Assembly: GCA_013202845.1 (NCBI GenBank)
Contig: JABMPT010000010.1
Coordinates: 59,876 to 123,875 of the forward strand
Origin: Candidatus Woesearchaeota archaeon
Lineage (GTDB): Archaea > Nanobdellota > Nanobdellia > Woesearchaeales > GCA-2686295
Direction of reading: 5' to 3'
DNA: 64,000 bases
Part shown: in pieces, positions 9,267 to 18,926 of the stretch
Position numbering within the stretch: position 1 is the stretch's first letter
How the letters are laid out: the number at the start of each line of letters is the position of its first letter
The notes under the pieces: model-generated
Seen by the model: the letters and a program-made list of their open reading frames with translations, nothing else
Told to the model about the DNA's origin: nothing
Database searches by the model: none
Translations under genes and position numbers: made by a program

Positions 9267-10195
9267 TTTGAAAACATATGTGTAACTTTGTCAAGCAATG
9301 ATTTGCTCTTTTTCTCATCTTCAGGTTTTGCTTTTTCTTCCTCTTTCTCTGGTTTTGGAGTGTCTGAAACCTCTTCAGGTTTCTGAGCATCGCTCAAAAG
9401 CTTGTCTTTTGGCGCACCAGTAGCTTCACTACTGAGTGCGTCAGAAACTTTTGTTTCTGAGAGCTCTTCTGAAGTGGGTTCTGGCTTTTTCTCCTCGCCA
9501 AGGCCTTCTTTCAGTTTCTTAGATAATTTTTCAACATCAACACCCTGAAAAAGAGCTTTCATCTGAGGATTTAGCTCCATTGCCTGCTTTACCTGTGTAG
9601 GATCCTTAATTAGCAGCTCTTTCAATTGCGGATTCTGTTCAATTATCATGGCAAGATCATCTTTTGATGGCGGTTTAAGCAGTATCTTACCATCTTTTTG
9701 CAGATGTGAATGCATCATTTTCTCAAGATTGGCTTTCAATGGTTTCAGAAGGTCATCCTGTGAGATATCTTTTGAAGGAATATTGAAATTTTCAAGCATG
9801 TCATCATCATCTCTTGGTATTATGTGAAGTAAGAAATGTGGGCTTTGCTGTCCTGCAGCTGCGCCGTTTGCAATGAAAATGCTGCTTTTTGGAGCAGGTG
9901 TTCCATTCTTAACTCCTTTAGCCAAGTATTTTATCTTGCTGAACAAATGTTTGAAAGTCTCTGGAGATATCAAAGGCATTATAGGAACATGCTCTTTAGG
10001 AAGTACCAAAGTATGCCCTTTTGTAGAAGGATAAATATCCAGTATTGCTATTATCTTGTCATCTTCATATACTTTATGAGAAGGAACTTCGCCAGCTATT
10101 ATCCTGCAGAAGACACAATTCTTCTTCTGAAACTCTGCCATCTCCTCTGGACTCATGTTCTTAAGTTCCTCTTCTGTAGGTTGAGCTTCAGCCAT
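9263..10195 (-). CDS. HIT family (HINT-like) protein with atypical triad and a long K/E/P-rich C-terminal tail
   Basis: CVFCRIIAGEVPSHKVYEDDKIIAILDIYPSTKGHTLVLPKEHV is the canonical HIT N-terminus. The triad region PHFLLHIIPR has the 1st and 3rd His but Leu at the middle, nucleophilic position. Confidence 0.65.
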   Translation of the reverse strand: MAEAQPTEEELKNMSPEEMAEFQKKNCVFCRIIAGEVPSHKVYEDDKIIAILDIYPSTKGHTLVLPKEHVPIMPLISPETFKHLFSKIKYLAKGVKNGTPAPKSSIFIANGAAAGQQSPHFLLHIIPRDDDDMLENFNIPSKDISQDDLLKPLKANLEKMMHSHLQKDGKILLKPPSKDDLAMIIEQNPQLKELLIKDPTQVKQAMELNPQMKALFQGVDVEKLSKKLKEGLGEEKKPEPTSEELSETKVSDALSSEATGAPKDKLLSDAQKPEEVSDTPKPEKEEEKAKPEDEKKSKSLLDKVTHMFSK

Positions 10196-10639
10196 AGTAT
10201 TTATAATTAGTTCATTGTATTTAAATCTTTTTCCTTTAATTGTTCACAAGAATCACACAGAAATAGATATGTCTATATAGAATAAGATGTAAGTTTTATT
10301 TAGTTTATAACACGGAACTCTTTATTGAAAAACACTACAGCTGGCATACTGTTTAAATCTTCTTCGCTATATAGCTTTCCGTATTGGTCTGCATATACCA
10401 TTTTTTATTACTTCTACTCTTCGTCCTCCTCCTCGTACATAAATCCCATATCATCTATTTTCCAAGCCATATTGTACCTCCACTTTTTGTGTGTTTTAAA
10501 GGTCTACACACTCACCCAATAATGTATGTAGGACTTATATTAATATATACTTTTCCAATATATAACATATGTTGATATATGTTTTGAACAGAAAGATATA
10601 TAAACAGAAGATGTTTCTAAATTTATGAGGGGATAAATT

Positions 10640-11575
10640 TTGAAAAGAAAGGTTATACAGCACAGTCCAACATCTCTTGTGATAACTCTACCTACCAGTT
10701 GGGCAAGGAAAAACCTTGTAAAGAAAGGAGATGAGCTGAATCTTGAAGAGAATAAAAAAGAGCTTCTTATAAGAAAAGGAGAGATTGTCAGAAAATACTT
10801 TGAAGCAACCATAGACATAAGCAATCTAGACAAAACAACAATTCTCCAAATCATAAGAAATCTATACAGAGAAGGATATGATAAGATAAACATTAAATTC
10901 AGCAAAGAGAGAGTTCCTTACAAGAAGATAAAAGGAGCATTTCTTGTGACTGAGATAATCCACCGGGAAGTAAACAGATTAATAGGTTATGAAATAACAA
11001 GAGAGAAACAGAATTTCTGCATTGTGGAAAGCATTAGTGAAGGAGTTCAGGAAGAACTGCCAAAAATCATCAGAAGGATACATATGTTGCTAATAGACAT
11101 AACAGAGACATTGTATGAAGCAACAAAGAACAATGACAAAGCAGTATTGAAAACAATCCATGAAAAACACGAAACAATCATAAGGTTCATAAACTATTGC
11201 TTAAGAAGCGGAGCAAAAGAGCTCGACGAGAAACATCCTATAACAGACTCACAATACTATTTATTGGCTTCAATGGATAGAGTGGTCCATCTTCTAAGAT
11301 CATCTTCAAAGAGATTATTGAAGCTGAATGGAAAACCTTCTAATGAACTGGTGAAAACCATTGGAAAGACAGTTGAAGCACTCAGATTATTCACAAGATT
11401 TGTCTATCAGAAGAAACCAAGCATTGTAGTGGAAATGAACAATTTAAGATATTCTGTAGAAAAGATGATTACAAAAAGACCAACTAAGCTGGAAGGCGAG
11501 CAAGATCTTGTTTTTTACCATATGAGGCACATCCATCACTTGCTTCTAGACATATCTAATGTTATAGGTATGTAG
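10640..11575 (+). CDS. AbrB/MazE-like swapped-hairpin DNA-binding domain protein with a helical C-terminal domain (PhoU-like?)
   Basis: N-terminal SLVITLPTSWARKNLVKKGDELNLEE is typical of AbrB/SpoVT/MazE domains. The start is TTG, as in the ORF track. Confidence 0.4.
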   Translation: MKRKVIQHSPTSLVITLPTSWARKNLVKKGDELNLEENKKELLIRKGEIVRKYFEATIDISNLDKTTILQIIRNLYREGYDKINIKFSKERVPYKKIKGAFLVTEIIHREVNRLIGYEITREKQNFCIVESISEGVQEELPKIIRRIHMLLIDITETLYEATKNNDKAVLKTIHEKHETIIRFINYCLRSGAKELDEKHPITDSQYYLLASMDRVVHLLRSSSKRLLKLNGKPSNELVKTIGKTVEALRLFTRFVYQKKPSIVVEMNNLRYSVEKMITKRPTKLEGEQDLVFYHMRHIHHLLLDISNVIGM

Positions 11576-11614
11576 CTGAAAAAGTTTTTAAAACCACTAC
11601 TTTTCTTTTCAAGC

Positions 11615-13294
11615 ATGAAAAGCTATTTTGAAGAGCTGATTGATTTCATAAAGAAAGAGAAACCAAACAAACAGAAACTCAACAACAAGAAGATAGAGCT
11701 CTGCTCCAAGCACAAAATAAAGAAGATACCTACAGATATAGAAGTATTGTGCAATGCAAAAGAAGAAGATATTGCAAACCTGAGTAAATTTCTCGTTACA
11801 AAACCTACAAGAACCATTAGCGGAGTTGCTGTAATTGCAGTTATGAGCGCTCCATTCAACTGTCCCCATGGCAGATGCACATATTGTCCTGGAGGCCTAA
11901 AAAGCCATTTCGGCAATGTTCCGCAGTCATATACTGGCAACGAGCCATCTACAATGAGGGGCATAAGAAATGAGTATGACTCTTACAGAATTGTTTTTAA
12001 CAGACTAGAGCAATACATTGTTCTTGGCCAGAATCCTGAAAAAGCAGAAGTTATTGTGATGGGAGGAACATTCCCAGCATTTAAGGAGGATTACAAGAAA
12101 GAGTTCATAAGGAACATATACAAGGCTTTAAACGACTTTTCAAAGCAATTCTATGTGAAAGGCAAGCTAGATATCAAACGCTTCAGAGACTTCTTTGAAT
12201 TACCTGGCAAAGTCAACGATAAACAAAGGCAGGAGAATATAAAGAAAAGAGTTTTGGACTTAAAGAACAAGAATATTAGAAGTTTTGACAAAGAAAAGAA
12301 ACTGAATGAGAAATCAGAGATAAGATGCATTGGATTGACAATCGAAACAAAGCCAGACTGGGGATTGTTGAAGCATGGCAATGAAATGCTAGATTATGGT
12401 TGCACAAGAGTCGAATTAGGCATACAAACAACTTATGACGATGTCTTGAGAGCAATCAACAGAGGCCATGGATTAAAAGAGTCAATAGAATCAATAAGGA
12501 CATTGAAGGATTTAGGCTTTAAGATCAATTATCATATGATGCCAGGGCTTCCAGGAGTCACAAAAGAGAAAGATTTAGAGTCTTTGAAAGAGATTTTTGA
12601 AAACTCTGATTTCAAGCCAGATATGCTAAAGATATATCCTACACTTGTAATGCCAGGAACACCTTTATATGCACAGTATAAGAAAGGCAAATACAAGCCG
12701 ATAACAACTGCCATAGCAGCAGATATAATTGTAGAAGCAAAGAAGTTCGTGCCAAAATATTGCAGAATAATGAGGATACAGAGAGACATCCCTACTAAAG
12801 TCACAGAAGCAGGCGTAGACAGAACAAATCTAAGGCAATATGTTGAGAAATTACAGAAAGAGAAAGGAGTTGTTTGCAACTGTATAAGATGTCGAGAAAT
12901 AAAAAGAAAAGAGATTAAAGGAAAGCCAAAACTTAAAGTTTTAGAATATGAAGCTTCTAAAGGAAAGGAATTCTTTATGTCATTTGTCGACGACAACGAC
13001 CGTTTGTTAGGTTTTTGCAGATTAAGGTTTCCATCCCAGAGCTTGAGAAAAGAAATAACCAATAACAGCGCTATAATTAGGGAATTACACGTCTATGGCA
13101 CTGCAATCGGCTTGAAAAAAGAAGGTAGAGTACAGCATATTGGTTTAGGTAAACAACTCGTCAAAAAAGCTGAAGAAATAGCAAAAAAGAATTCTAAAGA
13201 CAAAGTTGTGGTAATTAGCGGAGTTGGAGTCAAGGAATACTATAGAAAGCTTGGTTATTCTGATGATGGAGTTTATGTGAGTAAAGCGTTATAA
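11615..13294 (+). CDS. elp3: Elongator complex protein 3 homolog (radical SAM + GNAT; tRNA wobble uridine modification)
   Basis: GVAVIAVMSAPFNCPHGRCTYCPGG radical-SAM cluster region of Elp3. C-terminal GNAT with RELHVYG...GLGKQLV. Confidence 0.9.
   Translation: MKSYFEELIDFIKKEKPNKQKLNNKKIELCSKHKIKKIPTDIEVLCNAKEEDIANLSKFLVTKPTRTISGVAVIAVMSAPFNCPHGRCTYCPGGLKSHFGNVPQSYTGNEPSTMRGIRNEYDSYRIVFNRLEQYIVLGQNPEKAEVIVMGGTFPAFKEDYKKEFIRNIYKALNDFSKQFYVKGKLDIKRFRDFFELPGKVNDKQRQENIKKRVLDLKNKNIRSFDKEKKLNEKSEIRCIGLTIETKPDWGLLKHGNEMLDYGCTRVELGIQTTYDDVLRAINRGHGLKESIESIRTLKDLGFKINYHMMPGLPGVTKEKDLESLKEIFENSDFKPDMLKIYPTLVMPGTPLYAQYKKGKYKPITTAIAADIIVEAKKFVPKYCRIMRIQRDIPTKVTEAGVDRTNLRQYVEKLQKEKGVVCNCIRCREIKRKEIKGKPKLKVLEYEASKGKEFFMSFVDDNDRLLGFCRLRFPSQSLRKEITNNSAIIRELHVYGTAIGLKKEGRVQHIGLGKQLVKKAEEIAKKNSKDKVVVISGVGVKEYYRKLGYSDDGVYVSKAL
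13263..13294 (+). repeat. Direct repeat copy 1 (elp3 3' end)
   Basis: atgatggagtTtatgtgagtaaagcgttataa. Copy 2 is at 14126..14157 with one mismatch. Confidence 0.85.
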
Positions 13295-13317
13295 ATATCT
13301 TCTAATTCCAAATTCAT

Positions 13318-14100
13318 ATGTTACTTGAAGCACATCAAATTGTAAGAGAAAGAACAAAAGATTTAATCAGTAGATTTCAAAAAAGAGATGTTTCTTTGCA
13401 ACAATTTACTATAGAAGCAGATTTACAAGGTTCAGAGAAATCATTACAAAGAATATTAACTGCTGATTATGACCTAAGATTTGATGGAAGTCCTTTTCAA
13501 TCACATCCAATCTCAGCCGTTTATCTAGCAAGATGGTTGGCAGAAGGACTCAATGTGAAACATCTGGATAGGGATACCTTAGAACATGACCATTTTGAAG
13601 AAATTTATCAGAGAGGCGTCAAACTTGCATCTGCATTAAAACAATTCAAAAATGATGGAGGAGAAGTGGATTCAGCCATACTTACAGATGGAAATTCGCA
13701 CTATAATAATATAATAACTAAAAAAGTTCACAAGATTGTTCAAATAGAAAAACTAGGAACGCTGAAACATAAAATAGTAGCCCTTGCAGACGGACTTGAT
13801 AATAGCAGTGATATGAATTATGCTCCAGAGCATATTAGAGCCTTGAAATTGTGCAGATTTTTTTTATCTCCGCCCAAACTCGGGCTTGAAATATATACAG
13901 ATATTCCTGATGATATTAGAACAAAAACAGAATTTTTTATGAGTGAGATCATGCAACAAAATGGAGTAGATGAATCAATGCTAAACAGAGAATACGAGTA
14001 TTATCAAAAAACCTATCACAGTAAGAATAAAATTATCCAACAAAATGTTCAAAAGTATGGACAATTATTAGAACAAGTCTTTAACACTGTTTTGTCCTAA
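13318..14100 (+). CDS. Hypothetical protein, cargo of the repeat-flanked insertion at the elp3 3' end
   Basis: Clean 260-aa ORF with no recognised motif, bracketed by the 32-nt direct repeats. Confidence 0.45.
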   Translation: MLLEAHQIVRERTKDLISRFQKRDVSLQQFTIEADLQGSEKSLQRILTADYDLRFDGSPFQSHPISAVYLARWLAEGLNVKHLDRDTLEHDHFEEIYQRGVKLASALKQFKNDGGEVDSAILTDGNSHYNNIITKKVHKIVQIEKLGTLKHKIVALADGLDNSSDMNYAPEHIRALKLCRFFLSPPKLGLEIYTDIPDDIRTKTEFFMSEIMQQNGVDESMLNREYEYYQKTYHSKNKIIQQNVQKYGQLLEQVFNTVLS

Positions 14101-14125
14101 TTATTTCTTATCGACAACTACAGAA

Positions 14126-14157
14126 TGATGGAGTCTATGTGAGTAAAGCGTTATAAT
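14126..14157 (+). repeat. Direct repeat copy 2; would also encode the elp3 C-terminus NDGVYVSKAL*
   Basis: atgatggagtCtatgtgagtaaagcgttataa, with 31 of 32 identity to 13263..13294. Confidence 0.85.
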
Positions 14158-14220
14158 TTTCTCCTTTCGAGTAGTCAAAAAAGAAATGTTTATATAGTTA
14201 CTAAACACTCTCTGTGTCTT

Positions 14221-17103
14221 ATGGGGGCCACAGATGAGAGTGAAAAGCAATCGTTAGATAGTATTATTCTTGAACCGGGTATAAAATGTATTGGTGAATC
14301 AAGCTTTAAAACATTCCCCAACTATAGAGATGAGATTGAACAATTTCTTAAAGAAAGGAAGAATAGAACTAAGAAAGAACTACCCTTTGTAAACCAAGAA
14401 CAGACTTTCATTAAGCTTGCAAGAGCGCTTTCTTCAGCATATCCTTATGTTGTTTTGATAGGAGAACAAGGAATAGGAAAGTCTATGGTTCTGGACTATA
14501 CTGTAAGAGCACTTACAGGCGAGATAAAACTTTCTGAAGTCAAAAAACTTGTCCCTGAAGCTGCACCGCTCCTTAAACAAATGAAAGACAAAGCAAGACA
14601 ATTTGAGAACAGAAACTATCTGTTAATGCCAAATCTTAAAGAGCCTATGAAGGTCAAAGCTATTCCTTATACAAAACCAGACGATATTAATCATGATTTC
14701 GAACTAGCAGAAGACTTTTGTTTGGAGATTTCACAACTACTTACATACTATATTACCAACAACAAGGAGAGTGTGAAAGTTAATCTGAGCGAAAGACAAT
14801 TGAGAAAGCTTGTTTTATCTAAGGTACATGAAATGTATATGGAGTTGTATGCAGACATACTTTTAACTCTTTCTAACAAGATAAAAGAAAAACCAACCAT
14901 AAAGGAATCTTTGGACAATATGATATCCGTAGTTAAACTTAAACCTCCACAAAATCTGAACCAAGATGTGCCTAAAGCAGAATGGAAATTTTATGTGAAA
15001 AGAGGAAAGAACTCCAATTTTCTGGAATATACTACAGAAGCAGGATTCACAGCTCAAAGAGCCCAATTATCAATTGAAGACATAGAACAAGGTTTAGAAA
15101 AAACATATGTTCATGTATCTATCAGCAATTCATGGAAAGGATTCTTAGCTGAAATGAAAAGAATTAAAGTTCTTGGAAAACCAGCAAACTTTTGTGAAAC
15201 AGTAGTTAAAGAGGAATTTGAAAAATATAATACAGAAATACTTGAGAAAGCAATTCAGAGGCAAAAAAGAAAACCAAAACCAACTCAGATTGATTTTGAT
15301 CTAGACTTGATCAGAAGAGTGAATGAATATGATCCTGCAAAAAAGATCTCAAAAGAAACCATCAATGATATCATGTCAGAGATTAAAACAGTCGTTGATG
15401 AATTTACAAAGCCCGCCAAGAATGATGAACTAAAGAATCAGATGCTATCAGTATATGAATTCTTCAACACAGAGAAAAATTTACTTAAAATAGTGATGGG
15501 CACAATGCTCCGAGAAATAGAAAATATGGAAAAGACACCTCCTGGTAAACTAATAAAACAACCTAGTTTTGACCTACCACATGGAGTCTCATATCTGGCC
15601 ATAGATGACATAATGAGTGTGAACCTGTTGGCAGATTACGCCGCACCCACAAAGAGGATTAGCTGGTCAAAAATAGTAGATACAGATCCACAAACCCTGT
15701 TTTGTTCATACAATGAACTACAGCTACCTCCACACATGGCTATAGCTTCTCTAGGTGAATTATTCAAGAGCAGCATCTTGTTATTCACAGATTCATTCAG
15801 TGATTTCATCAGCACGATAACATCCAACAGAGAGATGAGTAAAGGAATGAGAGAACAATTCCTTGATTATCTGCAAACTGGAATAATAACTTTTGTCAAT
15901 GAAGGAGTAACCTATCAATTTGAGGCGCCAAGAATAATACTTGGTTGTGACAACGAAGATCCTTTCATGACATATAGAGCTGGAACTGGTGAGAAAAGAG
16001 ATGAAACTGGTCTAAGAGGAAGGATAACAGCACTCCCAGTATCTGAAGTGATAGAAAACACTCTTGAAGCAAGAAAAGGCACCTTAACTGTGTTATATGA
16101 TACAATCGATAAATTCAACAACGAGAGAGGGGTTGATATCACATTAGACATAAATGCTGCAAACATGCTGTTAAGAGAAATGGTGCCCAAGGAAAGTCTT
16201 ATATTACTAAAATACAGGGATTTATGGAAATTGACAGAAGATGTATGTGCATATGCTGTGTCAAAGAACACTACAAATATTACAGCAAATTTGTTAAAAC
16301 AAAGAACAAAAGATTATCTGCCACCAGGATTCTTCAGATTTGTAGAGTTTGAAACAGAGCACGGAGGATATTTTGATATGCCTGCAAAAGCTGTAGGTCA
16401 TGTGAATGGATTAACAGTACGTGATTCTAGTCCTGGAAGTGTCCTAAAGAACAGATCTCAATTTCTGGCTGTAATGGACAAAACAAAAACAAATGTTAAA
16501 CATTTCGAACTGGTTGACGCTACTAGTGAAAAAACTGATGACAACACAATAAAAAGCTATGAATTGGCGGTGGACTACATAAGAGGATTGCTTTCAGATA
16601 AAAAACTTAAACTATTCGAAGGTGGGGATTGGCAATTGAAGACTCACTTTGGAGGATTCTGGGACAAAATTGGAGGTCCATCCACATCAATGGGAATGGC
16701 AATCAGCATACTATCAGCATTTTCAGGGGAAGAAATGTATAAGAACAGGTTCATAACAGGAACCATAGACCCAATAAATGGAAATGCAGGCATCATAGGA
16801 GGAACTTACCACAAATCTTTGATACCGATGAGACTGAAAGAGCTGTCACCAGACAATGAAAAGATGTATTTCCTATTTCCTGCTGCAAACATGAAAGAAT
16901 TCACTAAAGATGTCATATTCGACCCTTTTGAAGTGCAAAAAAATATTACTTGTTTGCCATATGAAAACTTTGAGCAAGCATATTACCTACTTTCATGCGG
17001 AGCAAACATTAGTAAGAAGAATTGGGAAGATTCAAAAAATCAGGGGAAAACAAGACTCGAAAAGACCCTGAAAGAAGTTAATAAAAGATTTGGAGTTAAA
17101 TAA
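14221..17103 (+). CDS. Divergent soluble LonB-like protein: P-loop, about 450-aa insertion, degenerate Walker B, C-terminal Lon Ser-Lys protease domain
   Basis: Walker A GEQGIGKS. LLFTDSFSDF aligns to Lon[11 protein letters not shown] (DE becomes DS). ILGCDN aligns to sensor-1 ILIAAGN. Protease domain GPSTSMGMAISILSAFSG...IIGGTYHK, against Lon[18 protein letters not shown]...IGGVSSK in this same window. Confidence 0.65.
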   Translation: MGATDESEKQSLDSIILEPGIKCIGESSFKTFPNYRDEIEQFLKERKNRTKKELPFVNQEQTFIKLARALSSAYPYVVLIGEQGIGKSMVLDYTVRALTGEIKLSEVKKLVPEAAPLLKQMKDKARQFENRNYLLMPNLKEPMKVKAIPYTKPDDINHDFELAEDFCLEISQLLTYYITNNKESVKVNLSERQLRKLVLSKVHEMYMELYADILLTLSNKIKEKPTIKESLDNMISVVKLKPPQNLNQDVPKAEWKFYVKRGKNSNFLEYTTEAGFTAQRAQLSIEDIEQGLEKTYVHVSISNSWKGFLAEMKRIKVLGKPANFCETVVKEEFEKYNTEILEKAIQRQKRKPKPTQIDFDLDLIRRVNEYDPAKKISKETINDIMSEIKTVVDEFTKPAKNDELKNQMLSVYEFFNTEKNLLKIVMGTMLREIENMEKTPPGKLIKQPSFDLPHGVSYLAIDDIMSVNLLADYAAPTKRISWSKIVDTDPQTLFCSYNELQLPPHMAIASLGELFKSSILLFTDSFSDFISTITSNREMSKGMREQFLDYLQTGIITFVNEGVTYQFEAPRIILGCDNEDPFMTYRAGTGEKRDETGLRGRITALPVSEVIENTLEARKGTLTVLYDTIDKFNNERGVDITLDINAANMLLREMVPKESLILLKYRDLWKLTEDVCAYAVSKNTTNITANLLKQRTKDYLPPGFFRFVEFETEHGGYFDMPAKAVGHVNGLTVRDSSPGSVLKNRSQFLAVMDKTKTNVKHFELVDATSEKTDDNTIKSYELAVDYIRGLLSDKKLKLFEGGDWQLKTHFGGFWDKIGGPSTSMGMAISILSAFSGEEMYKNRFITGTIDPINGNAGIIGGTYHKSLIPMRLKELSPDNEKMYFLFPAANMKEFTKDVIFDPFEVQKNITCLPYENFEQAYYLLSCGANISKKNWEDSKNQGKTRLEKTLKEVNKRFGVK

Positions 17104-17133
17104 ATTTGTCCGTTAGAAAGAGAGTGTAAAAAT

Positions 17134-18369
17134 TTATTTATGTTTTCTCACTTTAATCCTTTCAATATGCTCTTCGCCAACTTCCTCAATAAAATAAATA
17201 TGGTTATTTATCTTTATCTCCTGCCCGCGGGGAGGAACCTTCTTGAATTCATCTATCAATAAATCACTGACAGTATCATGCTTAGTGTCTAGATCTGTCT
17301 GAAAAAAAGAATTAACATATTTAGGACTGGTCTCTCCATCGACGAGAATAATGTTCTTGTCAACCCTCATGATCTTGTTAGGAGTTACATCGGACTCATC
17401 GATAATCTCTCCAACCAACTCCTCAAGTAAATCTTCAATAGTGACCAGACCAACTGTTTTACCATCCTCACCAACAACTAAAGCAATATGTGTGTGTCTT
17501 TCCTGAAACATCTTGAACAGGTCATCAATAATCGTCTTTTCATGGATAAAGAATGGCTTTACACCAATCTCTCTCAAAGGTAAATCCTCTTCATCATCAG
17601 TTATCGCTTCAAGAACATCTTTTGTATGAACAACTCCAACAATGTTATCTAAAGAGCCTAGAAACAAAGGAGTTCTTGAGAAAGGAGAATCAGCTATAGC
17701 TTCAATAGCGTCTTTTACCTTCATATTCGCATCCAAACAGAACATATTATGCCTTCTAGTCATAACTTCCTTAGCAGTTATATCATTGAACTCAAAGACT
17801 TTCTTTAACAACTCCTTCTCATCCTGCTCGATTGATTTCTCCTCAGCACCTATATCTATCGCTGTTTTTAAGTCATCTTCTGTCATAGTCTCTGCAACTT
17901 TCTTTGAAACACCGAAAAGAACCAATGTGCTGTGAGTTATCCACTCAAATAGTTTCACCAGAGGATATAATATTCTACTGAGAATCCACAATGGCTCCCC
18001 CATAATCAAAGAAACCTTGTCTGCATGAGTTGCAGCATATGACTTAGGAGTTATCTCGCCAAATACCAAGACCAAAAAAGTCATTGCACCAATTGCAATA
18101 CCAGCTCCACTAGAGCCGAATAAATCAGTAGCAACCAAAGTTGCTAAAACAGAAGCGCCTATATTAACAAGATTATTACCAATGAGAATGGTTATGATCA
18201 TCCTCTGGGGATTATCCTTTAGTTTCTCAACAGCTTTAGAACCCTTTCTCTTTTGCTTAAGCAAGGTCCTAAGCTGAATCTTGCTGAGACTTACTAGAGC
18301 TACTTCTGAACCAGAGAATAAACCTGATAAGAAAAGAAGCACAATCAAAGATATTATCTGCCACAGCAT
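17134..18369 (-). CDS. CNNM/CorC-family transporter (DUF21 + CBS pair + CorC_HlyC)
   Basis: N-terminal TM DUF21 region LFLSGLFSGSEVALVSLS. CBS-like middle. C-terminal CorC domain. Confidence 0.8.
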   Translation of the reverse strand: MLWQIISLIVLLFLSGLFSGSEVALVSLSKIQLRTLLKQKRKGSKAVEKLKDNPQRMIITILIGNNLVNIGASVLATLVATDLFGSSGAGIAIGAMTFLVLVFGEITPKSYAATHADKVSLIMGEPLWILSRILYPLVKLFEWITHSTLVLFGVSKKVAETMTEDDLKTAIDIGAEEKSIEQDEKELLKKVFEFNDITAKEVMTRRHNMFCLDANMKVKDAIEAIADSPFSRTPLFLGSLDNIVGVVHTKDVLEAITDDEEDLPLREIGVKPFFIHEKTIIDDLFKMFQERHTHIALVVGEDGKTVGLVTIEDLLEELVGEIIDESDVTPNKIMRVDKNIILVDGETSPKYVNSFFQTDLDTKHDTVSDLLIDEFKKVPPRGQEIKINNHIYFIEEVGEEHIERIKVRKHK

Positions 18370-18429
18370 GTCAAATCATTACCTCAGCTAGAATAGTTGA
18401 TATAGTGATATATAAATATTTTGAAATAC

Positions 18430-18768
18430 TTATTTCACTTTCTTAACTACGAATTTCAAGATCTCCACAACATGTCTGTTTTTTGTTTTAGCATTGCGAA
18501 GCTTCTTTGCAAGGCCTTTCTCATCAAAAATAGCCTCAACCCAGTTTGCAAAGTCATTATTCATCTCTTTCACATGATGCTGAAACATATCATCAGCAAG
18601 TCTGTCAATTGCTTCAGAAAGCTGCAATAAATCACTGCAGCAAGAACCATCAATCATGTAGAAGCTTACATCAGGAGAAACTTTTTTCAAACCTTTTTTC
18701 ACAGTTTTCTTAACTGTCTTCTTTTTAGAAGTTTTTTTGGTAGCCAAACCCCTCACCTCTAATAACAA
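18430..18768 (-). CDS. Hypothetical protein with Lys-rich N-terminus
   Basis: TKKTSKKKTVKKTVKKGLKK followed by a helical region. No family recognised. Confidence 0.35.
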   Translation of the reverse strand: MLLEVRGLATKKTSKKKTVKKTVKKGLKKVSPDVSFYMIDGSCCSDLLQLSEAIDRLADDMFQHHVKEMNNDFANWVEAIFDEKGLAKKLRNAKTKNRHVVEILKFVVKKVK

Positions 18769-18926
18769 GACATAGTATAGATAATATTTAAAGTTTGCTA
18801 TTTGTGATATTGTAAATATTTTTAAAATTACAAAAAAGAAGTTTTTGGAATCGCAAAAGCTATTCTAGCTTTTGAGACACAAAACCTTGAAGTTTTGTTG
18901 TTCAAAAACAAAAAGTTTTTGTATCA

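Noticed and set aside
10200-10640. Long AT-rich intergenic region with a GTGTG...CACAC inverted repeat; considered as an ncRNA
   Set aside because: No convincing conserved secondary structure or known RNA motif. More simply explained as the promoter/leader region for the divergent HIT and AbrB-like genes.
11609-13062. Minus-strand ORFs (86, 113, 76, 176 aa) overlapping elp3
   Set aside because: Antisense to a confidently identified conserved gene. Hydrophobic, low-complexity translations.
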